A stretch of 64,000 nt of DNA from Isurus oxyrinchus (lineage: Eukaryota): the NCBI GenBank assembly GCA_026770705.1, contig JANJGN010000242.1, positions 372,001-436,000 of the forward strand, given 5' to 3'. Position 1 is the stretch's first letter; each line of letters begins with the position of its first letter. The position numbers and the translations under genes are program-made. The notes below the pieces were generated by a model. The model had not been told where the DNA came from and did no database searches. It saw only the letters and a program-made list of their open reading frames with translations. This document shows positions 52,362 through 64,000 of the stretch, one piece after another.

Positions 52362-54029
52362 CGTTCGGCTGCCTGGAGCTGAGGCTTTATATGACGGGGA
52401 GCTGGAGACTGCAGCCCTGGACTGCACTGGGAGAACGGACCTCAGAAGTCGGACTTCTAGGGGCATCGAGTTCATTTGCACAGGGCAGTTTCGCTGAGAG
52501 TCATTGTTATGCCGCAGGCTTCCCGGGTCGCTGGTTAAGTTTTGTGTGAATAAGAGACAGGTTTCTGAAATTAGGCTGCAATTTTCAGACTCTACATTTG
52601 GATTGTGATCCGGATGTGAAAGCCCCACCCACAATACTCTGATGGACGGGTGTGGGGGAGGGGGAGAGCTTTTCTTTCTGCCAGTGACGAACTGGGAGAC
52701 CGGTGCATGTATTTATATTGGGTGGTCTTTGTTAAAGGTGGAATGTGGTCCCAGGACATCAGGAGAATCGCCCTGTCCCGCTCTTTTCCCAATATTCCGG
52801 AGATTGTTGCCTGGTTCTTGTGACCCTGGACAGGTATCTACTGTTTCGCAAAAGGAAATCACAAGGTTTGCTTTAAATACCTCTAGGACCGCCCCTCTGC
52901 CAACACAGGAGTGACCTTGAGCTATGAGCCCCACACGGGCTTCATTGATTAACCGGACCCCGTACAATTAAACCACTTCCCCCAAAACCATTGACCAAAA
53001 CTTATTTCACTTGCAGCATTTCCAGTTCGGATAAAATTTTACCGATCTGAAACGTTAGCTCTGATTCTCTCTCCACTGAGAAGCATCCGAACCGGCTAAG
53101 CTTTACTTTCCCAGAATTTTCTGTTCTTTTATTTCAGATTTGCAATATCTCTGGTTTTCGGCATTTCGATTATTGCATCGTGTGGGAGTGGATTGGAACC
53201 CCTGCTGTGTTTAACTTGTCTCTGAGCTGTGCTGATTATATTTGATCGATTCTAACGCCTCCTGTTCTTTGGCCTGTGCACGGGGGCGGGGGGGGGGGGG
53301 GCGAGGGAGGGGATGGGGGGGGGGGGGGGGGTGTCGGTGGCGGGAGGGTACTTCGCACCGAGAGACTTGGAAAAAATGGTTGTTTTAAACATTTGTTTTA
53401 TTCTTTCATGGGATGTGGGCGTCGCTGGTTGGTCAGCATTTATTGCCCTGCTCTTATTGCCCTTGTTCAAGGGCATTTAAGAGTCAAGCGCATTGAGGTG
53501 GGCCCGGAGTCTGATGTAGGCCAGACCAGGTAAGGGCAGTAGATGTCCCTCCCTGAAGCACATTATTGAAGCAGGAGGGTTTATTAACGGAAATCGGTAA
53601 TGGTTTAGTGGTCATCATTAGATTTGCAAATCTACATTATTAGGAGAATTGATGTTGCGCAGTGAATCCAGGATTGGAGAGTCAGCGTGTCTTTCAGGAT
53701 CAGCCGCTGATTTTTGAAATATTCTATCTTTGTCTTTCAGGAAGAAATGGCGAAGATTCAGGTTCTGAACATCTTTCAGAATGAAGGGGTTGTGAATTGC
53801 CTTCGATATCACTGCACTGTGGTTACTCACCATCTTCCGTCAGTTCTGTTTTACCACCTCCAATATCGCTTGGAAGCTCTGAGCTGTTCACTGAGTATCG
53901 GAGCTCGGAGCTGGGGTACAAGTTTCCACATGTCCCAGTCATGGCCTCTGCTGTTTTACACGAAAAAAACGATACGGTTCCCTTAATATTGATAGAGCGC
54001 TTCAATTCGATATCTCGTTTATCGGTGTG

Positions 54030-54230
54030 CTGGACACTGCCGGATGCACACACGCACGCCGCACTCAGGTGCAGACACACACGCACACACACACACACCA
54101 CTTTAGCTATCTCCCCTCTGCTGGACACTGTCATAACCTCTCTCTCTCTCTCTCAGACACACACAACACACCTTAAGCAATCTAACCACTGCTGGACACT
54201 GTCGTAATCACAAACACACACACATACACA

Positions 54231-54273
<43 letters not shown>

Positions 54274-54925
54274 ACATTTAGGTAATATATCTTCTGCTGG
54301 ACACTGCCGGAATCTCTCTCACACACACGCACACAAACACACATACACACACACACACACACACCTTTAGCAAACTACCCTCGCATGGTACACACACACA
54401 CACACACAAACCTTTAGCAATCTGCCTTCTGCTGCACACTGTGATAATCACACACGCACACAAACGCACACACTTTACGCAATCTACCATCTGCTGCAGA
54501 GTGCCATAATCACACACACACACCTTTTGCAATTCAATTTCTGATGGACATGCCGGAAGCACTCACAGACACACACACACACATTTAGATAATTTAACTT
54601 CTGCTGGACACTGCCTGCATCTCTCTCACACACACACACGCACACACACACACACACACGCACACACACACACTTTAGCAAGCTACCGTCGCTTAAACAC
54701 ACAAACCTTAAGCAATCTGCCGTCTGCTGGACACTGTGATAATCACACACAGACACGCACACACACATACAAACTTTTAGCTCTGCTGGACACTGTGATA
54801 ATCACACACACACACACACACACGCACACACATTAAGCAATCTACCCTCTGCTGTAGAGTGTCATAATCTCACACACACAATTTTAGCAATTTAACTTCT
54901 GCTGGACACTGCCGGAATCACACTC
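54030..54925. repeat. Complex CA-rich satellite
   Basis: Same unit as 19440-20285. Confidence 0.9.
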
Positions 54926-57857
54926 CTTGACCATTCTGCTTTTCCTTCTGCGAAGTGTGATGCGGTGGCGTAGGGGCCTTGTCACTGCACCAGTAACCCA
55001 GGGTAATATCCCAAGTTCAAAACCCGCCATAGCACTTGAATTTAATAATTATCTTGAATTACCTTCAGCGGGAAACCGCTGTTAACTGTCATGAAAAAAA
55101 CTAACTGGCTCGCAGATGGCTTGTCCTGCAGGGGTCTCTAAACACGCAGCTAGTTAGAAATGCTGACTCTCACTTGGCAGGGCTCTGTCATCAGCAGCGA
55201 GGCTACATATCAGCTTTTATGCTCCCATCCAAATAGTTTTGGAGTATAAAAACAGATAATTATGGCCATAATCGGCAAGTTGGTAAACATGGCAGAGCGA
55301 ATCAGAAATAAGAATTCATTTCCAGGACATTTCATCTGAACCAAATTTGAGGTGTTGGAAGCTTCTGGTGAAAGGTCACAGGCTGGAAACTTCGTTCACT
55401 TTCTGGTTATGCTTCCAGGCATTACTTTTTGTGTTTCGAATTTGGATAACATTTTGCTGGGAGATACAAGAGAGCAGGGGAGCATATCACCCGCAGGGCA
55501 ATCGCAGGCGCATTCTATTAGGATCAATTTAGTCACATTTTGGGAATACATATGCCCACATTGCGGACATTTCACTTTAAGCACAGATTTTACTGTAAAA
55601 TTATATTAATGTTCTTTAAGAATCATCACACAATGGTACAAAAGAAACACGCAAGATCTCTCTCGGTTCCCTGGTACAACATCAGACAATGAAGCTCCCA
55701 ACGTAGCAATTCATTTCCCCTTAATTTTTAAACATTACGTTTCCTTTTTTTCACATTTTCTTTGTGCTGTTTTGTCTTTCTGCAATCGTGGGAACTTGCC
55801 CCAAACCTCTAAGCTGTCTGTTGGGCTCAGCCTGTTCAGTTTCCACAGTCGTATTACTGTTACTCACTGGGAACTGCCGCTTCCGGCTCTCTGACAATTC
55901 GTGCTCTTTCCGCTCATTAACTGATCCCCTCCCAGGTTCACTGGGTGGAGATTTCTCTCAGTTTTACATTATCGAGGAAGAGGAATGCGGAGGGGAAATG
56001 GGTCATACAACCTGTGTACATCATCAATTCCGGCCAAACCCCACCAGGAATCTTATTGACAATTTACATCCAGTTCCCTGTGTTGCTCTGTTCCGTTCTC
56101 CCTCCTGTTTGTTGAAGTGTTCCACTAAATATATCAATACTGTCTCCAACCTCTCCCCGTGGCAGCAACTTCCACATTCTGACCTGCCTTTGTTTCAATT
56201 AATTTGCCTTAAATGTTTTATTTGTTCTGTTATTTACTATCATATGTTGACGGCTATTGCTTTAGACTCAGTGTGTCCAGACTGACACCGTCCATTATTG
56301 ACAAGATTTCTATGGATATTCCTCTTGGTTTTGTTTTCCAGAAAAAAGAGACCAAGCCTGTTCAATATTCCTACAGAGATGTGGATTGTTGCTGATTTCT
56401 TTACTCAGGAGTGTAAGAAATCAGGGCAGAGAATCCAATCAATAGAAGCAGGAGCCGCCATATCACCTTTCAAACCTGCTCAGCCATTCAGTAATATCCG
56501 GGCTGATTTACAACCTCAGTGTCACATTCCCGCACTCTCCCCAGATCCCTGATCCCTTCACTGTCCGAAAAACTGATTAATATACTCTTGAATGCTCACA
56601 GATTATGAACACCCCTATCTCTCTGAGTTACGGAATACCACAGATTCACAACAACGGTTCTGCTGAAGATATGTTTTCCTTCTCAGATGACTCTTTATTC
56701 TGAAGCTGTGACCCCGAGTTCTATACTCCTCAGTCTGGGGAGACACCGACCCAGAATCTGCCCTGTCAAAGCCCTTCAGTATATTAGATGTTTTCATGAG
56801 ATCACCATTCATTCTACTAATCTCTAGGAAATATAGACCGAGACGACACAATCTCTTCCCAAAGGTCAATCCCTTCACCTCAGGAAGCACTCTGATGAAT
56901 CTTTGCAGCACTTCTTTCAATGCAGATTGATCTCCCTTCTGTAAGGGGAAGAAAGCTATACACAGCATTTCGAACTGGAGTTTATTTCAGCCCTTCCCTC
57001 CATAAAGCTCATTCACCACGGAGTCGGATTGTACTTTGAAAGGCGCCCAGAAATCATCCAACCCTTCTCCCACTTTCGATTATTTTTTATCTTTCTGGTT
57101 CTGAATGAGCATTCTCCTAGTTTGTAATTGTTCCCTTATGTTCCTCACTCTCTAACTGCACTGTGTTGCTTATTCACAGTATTCAGGAATACAGATACGT
57201 TTCAGCAATCCCATCTCTCAAACATTTATTTTTCATGTTAGATGAGTATCTGCAGTTCCAAACTTTTAAATTTCGGTCTGAGGGCGGAAAAGGGGAAGAG
57301 TGTTTGGTTCTATGGAGACAATTGAAAGAAATGGCAGGTGCATTGCTACTAAATTTAGTCACTGATTTTCCAATAAGATAATTCCACCTGAAACAAATTA
57401 GGGTGTTTTATATCTGAAGTCCCTTTCGTCACTCTCCCGTTTTTCTCCCAGGTGAGTCATTGAACGAGCCTCTGCAGGTTTCCGATATGCCGCAGTTTGT
57501 TCAGTTTATTGACCCGGTGCCTCATTCATGTTGCGCGGCTCATACTGCAATCTGCTGCCCAGGAGGGAGCTCTATGACCCCGCTCCCGTGTTCTAAGGGA
57601 CAGATAGAGCTCCCTCGGTCACAGTTAACACCGGGAGTGGGGTCTGGATTGTCGATAATCTGCACTCATTAAAAGCGACTCAGATTGTGAGAGTTCGTGA
57701 TGTTGATGTTATCCCCGATGTGCCCGTTGATGCAATAATTGTCCAGATCCAGTCAACTACCACATCCCACCCAAACCCTCCACTGATATCAATAATAAAC
57801 TGACGGTGAACATTACCCGGGATAGTCTGTAACCCGGCGGGCTTTGAAGTTTCTTAG

Positions 57858-57913
57858 CGGCTGTGACAATCACCGCCGTCCCGGATCCATACACAGAATC
57901 ATATTTATAATCA
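57858..57913 (-). pseudogene. NAR-TCR J segment 8, defective (near-identical to J4)
   Basis: Donor GT->CT, heptamer AACAGTG. Confidence 0.88.
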
Positions 57914-58295
57914 AACAGTGGCACCGCTCTCGGTGTCCGCGGTACAACAACCATCGACACCTCAATCTGCTGGGAAGTCATCATCAGACAGTTGAAACTG
58001 CGCAATTATTCAGCCGATTTAAATAAATAAACAATATTCATCATTTTAAAGTCTCGGTTGTTTCAAACTGTTGTTTGTAAGGCACTGAGCTGTGAGTAAA
58101 TGGTCCCGGGAACGAGATATTCTCTTCATAAAAACCGAGAAAATTATGAAAGAAAGATAACAGAATGATTTAAACTACAATGCAATGTAACTAAATTACT
58201 GCGATAATAACATCAACCCGACAATTCACTATCCGGGCTCGGAGAATTTATATTGTGATCGTTCAGAGGTATTTGCTCAGGTCTCTCCCACTGTG

Positions 58296-58794
58296 ACTGT
58301 CCCAAAATAATGTTGCCGTAGTATCTGTACTGAGCATTACAGTATTAGGTGGTGCTGCCTTCAACTCTCACATCCCGAATTCCCAGCGAAAATGTCTTTT
58401 CTGCTTTATTCACCGACACAGCAAATTTCCCACCGCTGGAGATCCGCTCCCGCTCTTTCCCGGTCTGGGTTTGTCTGAAGAAATCCCCGCCCGTCAAAGG
58501 ACGGGCGAAAAAACCACCAGAGAAAACACAGGTAATGGTGAGAGATTGACATTCCTTCCTGATCACCGCTGCGGGAGTCTGCACCACTGACTGACCGACA
58601 GTGCCTGGAAGTTAAACAGAAAGAGTTTATGGAGCATCAGAGCCGAACCAGAGAACGGGGTTAAACCCCCAGACAGTGTCTGTAATTGGGATGGACTCGG
58701 CCAGCTTTATATTAAATCCCCACAATGTCGGTTTGTCTGATCGGTATTCAAGGGGTAACCAGACACACAGGGTGAAAACAAAGAGGATTCCATT
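58296..58794 (-). pseudogene. Pre-joined NAR-TCR V-D (V8D8), chimeric pseudogene
   Basis: Same junction as V4D4 (58311-58320); TAA at 58345-58347; dead leader as in V5. Confidence 0.9.
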
Positions 58795-61457
58795 CGTTCG
58801 GCTGCCTGGAGCTGATTGTTTATATGACGGGAAGCTGGAGACTGCAGCCCTGGACTGCACTGGGAGACCGGACCTCAGTGCTGGGCTGAAATATTTTAGG
58901 GGGATCGAGTTGATTGGCACAGGGCGGTGTCGCTGAGATTGTTGATTTGCTGCACGGATCCCGGGTTGCTGGCTTAGTTTAGTGTGAATAAGAGAAAGGT
59001 TTATAAAAGGAGGCTGCAATTTTCTGACTCTACATTTGGATTGTGATCCGGATGTGAAAGCCCCTCCCACAATACTCTGGGGTACAGGGGTGGGGGGAGG
59101 GGAGATTTTCTTTCTGCCAGTTTGGCTGCCGCATTCCTTACCCCGCAGTGATGAACTAGGAGGTTGATGCATGTGCTGTACTGGGTGGTGGTTGTTTAAG
59201 GTCGAACGTGGGCCCAGGACGCAAGGAAAATTCCCCCTCCCCGCTTTTACTCCAATATTGCGGAGATTGTTTAACATCGTCCTGAAAGGGCTGGCGGGAC
59301 CTCAGTTCGACTCCTGATCTGAAGTTCGGCGCCTCAGACCCAGCATCTTCCCTGGCCCAGCAACCGGGGAAAGGTTAGAATATGAAGTAGCCCAGTGACA
59401 TTACCAATATCCTGGTAGGTCTGCACAACATGCACATAAACTAGTTATGGTTAGTTCAGTTCGCTGGATTGCGAGCTTGTGGTTCGGAAAAATGTAACAG
59501 CACTGGTTCTATTGGGGTTCTGGCTGAGGTAGGCTTGTGGCCTTCCTGCTCCTGCGGGTGGAAGGCAATTGTAAAGCAAAGCTAACAGGAAAGCAACTCA
59601 GGGTGAAGCAACTGCAGAAAATCGGCCATTGGCGGAGCAGACATGAAATAATACAAAGAACAAACTCCCCTCGTCATTGAAACAATTGCTTCCCACACCA
59701 GCTCTGCGGCGGATTACAGACAAAATGATGCTTCATGTCAGCTCTGTTTGATTTCCAGGTTGGGGACATTCAGAACTTCCGTTTGAACCGACACAGTTTG
59801 AAAAGACACCCGGAAGGGCAATGGACTTTGGGGAAACACTGTGCTTGCAGCTTGCTTTAAAGTTCACATTCACTGCTTTCTGTTCTGAAAAAATGGGTTC
59901 TTTTTATTCGTTCACGCAACGTGCGCTTCGCTGGCAGGGCCAGTATTTATTGCCCATCCCTAGCTGCCTTTGAGAAGGTGGTGGTGAGCTGCCTTCTTGT
60001 CCACTGCAGACCCTGTCGTGTAAGAGCACCTGCTGTGCTGTTTGGGAGGCAGTTCCAGGATTTTGACCTAGTGGCAGCAGAGGAAAGGCGATATGTTTCG
60101 AACTCACGATGCTGAGTGATTCTGAGGTGTTAAGAATTATCTCTTACCCAGCAACAGCAACACTCGTCCCAATAAGCCCTATGACAAGGCCGAGGTCAAA
60201 GACTTCATAAACCTGCCTGCGCTGTTAGGGGAAATGCTGCGCAGCATTGAGGGCAGGGGCGGAAAGACCGTTAAGGGGCGAAAGGGACATTGAAACAGCA
60301 ACACATCTCACAAATAGGGCCGACCGCACGTCACATAGACGTGGCCGATTATTTGACCTTCAGCCGATGAAATCACAATTTTTTCTGCATGTCCGGCCAG
60401 TTGGTGAGTATTTTTTAATGTAATTGAAATGCGCCTTTGAGGCTACCACAGAGTGTAAAGTACTGTTTAAAATGAACATGTGCATGTCTAGTGCACTATA
60501 AAAGTAATTAATATAAATAGGGATATGGTCTGGAATGGTGTTAACAAAGAGAGGGCTGGTGTGATATTAATAAATATCGGGTCTAATTCAGTAATCACTG
60601 AGGCGAGGCCTGTAGTGAAACATGTAGAAATGGCATCGAGTGCAACAGGGAACTTGTTTAGAGCAGCCAGAACGAAGACAGGACCCCACGAAATCTAAAT
60701 CGAGTGAAGAGTAGTGTTTTAAGTTCCTCCTTCCGGTTCAGCTCTTGATTTTCAAGTGCCTTTGGAAAGTTCTCTAAGTGTTCCACGGTAAAGACAGACA
60801 CAAAATACTTGTGCAATGCCTCTGTGATTTCCTTGCCTTCTATTATCAATTCCAGAAGTACACTACGGAGAAGACAAACACTAGCTTTAATCAATATTTC
60901 ACTCTTTAAATACCTGTTGAAATTCTTACTCCCCAAATTTTGAAATATTCTACCTTTGTCATTCAGGACGAAATGGCGAAGATTCGGTTTCTGAACATCT
61001 TTCAGAATGAAGGGGTGGTGAATTGCCCTGGATATCACTGCACTGTGGTTACTCGCCAACCTGCGTCAATTCTGTTTTACCACCTCCAATATCGCTTGGA
61101 AGGTCTTAGATGTTCACTGAGTATTGGAGCTCGGTGATGGGGTACATGTTTCCACATGTCCCAGTCATGGCGTCTGCTGTTTTACACGAAGAAAACTAAA
61201 CGGTTCCCTTAATATTGATGGAGCCCTTTAGGTTGACATCGCCGCTTGCTGCTGTGCCGGACACTTCCAGTATCACGCTCACACTCACACACACACACAT
61301 TTAGCAATCTATCCTCTGCTGGACACAGTCATAATCACACACACAAACACACAAACACACAAACACAAACACGGACTCCTTTAGCCATCTACTTTCTTCT
61401 GGACACTGTTGGAAACTTTCTCTCTCTCTCTCTCTTTTTCACACACGCACACACACA

Positions 61458-62180
61458 CTCGGAGTAATCCAGAGATTACAACCCGAGAGGTCTTGCTTTT
61501 TAGTCTACTGCCTAACTCCCTGAATTCTTGATGCAAAACATCGTCGTCCTTTCGAACAATGTCATTGGTACCAACATGCACCATCACCTCTTCCTTATCC
61601 CTTTTCAGGATGCCATGCAGCCGTTCAGTGACATCGCAGACCCTGGCACCAGGGAGGCAACACACCATCCTAGAGACACTTTGACGGCCACAGTAGCAGC
61701 TATCTTTCCAAGGACTACAGAATCCCCTATTACTATTATTCTTCCTCTCTTCCTCCCCTCCCGCACTGACAGGCTGCTTGTGGTGCCAGAAGCTAGGCTC
61801 TGTCTGTACTTCCAGGAGGAACCAGCGCCCTCATCAGCCCCCAAGATGGAATACCAATTTGCGAGCGGGACCCCAAGGGGCTCCTCAACTACCTGCCTGT
61901 TTCTCTTGGACTGCCTGGTAGTCACCCATTCCCTTGCCTCCTCAAGTCCCTTCAGCTGCGGTGTGACAACCTCTGTAAACGTGCTATCCACGATGCTCTC
62001 AGACTTGCGGATGCTCCACAGTGTCCCCAGCTGCCGTTCCAGCTCTCAAACCCGAGATTCCAGGAGCTGCAGCTGGACACAATTCCTGCACACATGCTGG
62101 ATCTGGGAACTGGAAATGTTCCCGGCTTCCTATATAGAGAACGAAGGGCACATCACGGCTTTGAGTTCTCTTGCCATGTT
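61458..62180 (-). mobile_element. CR1 ORF1 fragment
   Basis: IVIGDSVV, VCCLPGARV, VHVGTNDI. Confidence 0.85.
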
Positions 62181-62652
62181 ATATCCCTTTAAATTAAACC
62201 TTTCAAATCAATTATCTTCAGGACCTTCTTTCGTGACCCTCATTACTTCAGAATATACAAACTACAACCAATAAAAAGACTTCAAAATAGAAGCGATTGA
62301 AGTTGTAAATAGTTCACGACATTACCCACTACATGCCAGTCATTCCTGTCCCTTGTAGCCTCATTTGAATCAGCTCCCTTACCAATCTTTTAACTTGACT
62401 ACTGTAGTTACAAAAATTAAAGAAAAATTAAAGAAAAAGACTTACCAGTTCAATTCCGACTGTGCACCAAATTGCAAGTACTCTCACTCACTCTGGTTGT
62501 GTCTCACTCAGGATTAACCCACTCACCTGTTCCTGTGCAAGCACCATGCTCAGATTTTTGTACAGCTCTCTCCGTGTTCTGGACCACTGTGTGTCTGTAA
62601 TCCCACCATGTTCAGGTTTTGTACAGCTCTCTCCGTGTTCTGTACCACTGTG

Positions 62653-62958
62653 CTGTGCGCCGACTCAGTGCACAGTAATACACAGCGGATTCGCTCAGTT
62701 GCAGTTTGGTGATACTTAACCAGCTGATTTTCTCGGCAGCATCGACAGAAGCAGAAATTCTCCCCCCGGCAGCGTTTTCTTTATTTTCCTCTCCTGAAGT
62801 GTGTCTCTGAAGCAGATATTCTGGAGGCTGTCCTGGGGACTGACGATACCAGTGTACTGTGTACGGACAGAAACCTGAATATTCACAGCTTAAAGTAAGG
62901 GTGTCACCGGCAGCAGAGGTTTGTTCAGGCGGATTTCGGGAAATTATGGAAGTGGAAT
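62653..62958 (-). CDS. TRDV: Leaderless supporting TCR-delta V exon (its NAR V-D-J would lie beyond the window end)
   Basis: Open: STSIISRNPP...CEYSGFCPYTVHWY...SESAVYYCALSRRT; followed by two tandem 23-RSS (62614-62652 and 62553-62591). Confidence 0.92.
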
Positions 62959-64000
62959 CTAGAAGATATAGAAAAAGGACATTTTATTTTTGCTCAGCCA
63001 CTTTTTGACCAGGTGAATATGTCAATCGCGTGAATTGCTCTGCTTTCTGCAGTAATTTACTTGCTGGAAGCTTGTTTGAACCATGTTCACTCTTATGAAA
63101 ATATAATCAACTCGGGAATTAGATGATATCTTGTTTTACATGGCGAACTCTTCCGATTATTGCTGCACTGTCTGAATTGGTGTTGTGGGCAGATTCCATT
63201 GTAAGTTTCAAACGGGTAATGGATCTATACTGGAAATGTAAATAAAAATATAAAGCTATGGAGAAAATTCATGGGCAGTGTGAACAATTGGATTGCACTT
63301 TTAAAGGGTCAGCGCCTACACGAGGGGCCGAAGGTCATCTTTCCTTGCTGGATAATTCTGTGAGTTATGTTACATTCCAGTTTCTATTTTCCTTGGTGAG
63401 ACACAAACAGGAGGGAGCATTTCATGTTCAGCGAGGCAACCAATTTCCAACAAAAACGATTTGTTGGACAGGAACGCAACTGTGTTGCATGACTGTGCAC
63501 AACAATATCCAGCACAGACTGATGGGAATCGTCAGCACCAATTGGGCAAAACCGAGAGTGAGCATCAGTGGTCAACGGTTAATCATTTACTGCGGTTTAA
63601 AACTAATCAGGAATTTCTATCTGCCTTCTGCTCTATTTCTCAATGTTCTATCAATAGTGTCCTATTTCATGCAGATCAGCTTAATTTCAAATATATGCAA
63701 TTAATTTCGTTTTATTTCTTTAATTTCTCATTCCCTTTATTTCACATTTTATTTGTGCACTTTGCGCTTTTTTCAATCGTGCGAACTCGCCCCAAAATCT
63801 CTAAGTTGTCAGTTGGGCTCAGTCTGTTCAGTTTCCGCAGCAGTTTTACTGTTAATCACAGGGAACTGCCTCTTCTGGCTCTCTGACAATTTCAACGCTT
63901 TCCGCAGGTTGACTAATTCTCTCTCGGGTTCACTGGGCGGAGGTTTCTCTCAATTTTACATTATCGAAGAAGAAGAATGTGGAAGAGGAATGGACCATTC

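Noticed and set aside
8617-62958. IgNAR antibody clusters
   Set aside because: One D per cassette, no constant exons, and J is followed by a leaderless TCR-delta V, which indicates NAR-TCR.

Overview
Vertebrate, not microbial, DNA: a cartilaginous-fish (shark) T-cell receptor alpha/delta region containing a tandem array of NAR-TCR cassettes, all on the minus strand. An intact cassette reads: leader exon - IgNAR-like V (22-RSS) - 12-D-12 - (23-RSS) J - ~2.9 kb intron - leaderless 'supporting' TCR-delta V (CDR1 Cys, 23-RSS). I count 8 NAR-type V, 4 free D, 3 D pre-fused to V, 7 J, 4 supporting Vdelta (absent from the ORF track because they have no start codon) and 1 unrelated TCR alpha/delta-type V. 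Two cassettes look intact (13256-17792 and 41784-46312); the others are damaged. The rest is CR1/L2-type LINE, Penelope and SINE debris plus a CA-rich satellite, duplicated along with the cassettes. Most notable are apparent fossils of V(D)J recombinase activity in the genomic sequence: (1) a perfect head-to-head 23-RSS/12-RSS signal joint at 8218-8231 that replaces D, J and the supporting Vdelta of one cassette; (2) a 62-bp minisatellite whose unit is a complete 23-RSS (7846-8224); (3) three diverged copies of one pre-joined V-N-D junction (34803, 51861, 58296), whose duplication argues for a germline rather than somatic event. All coordinates were read by eye and no database searches were run.
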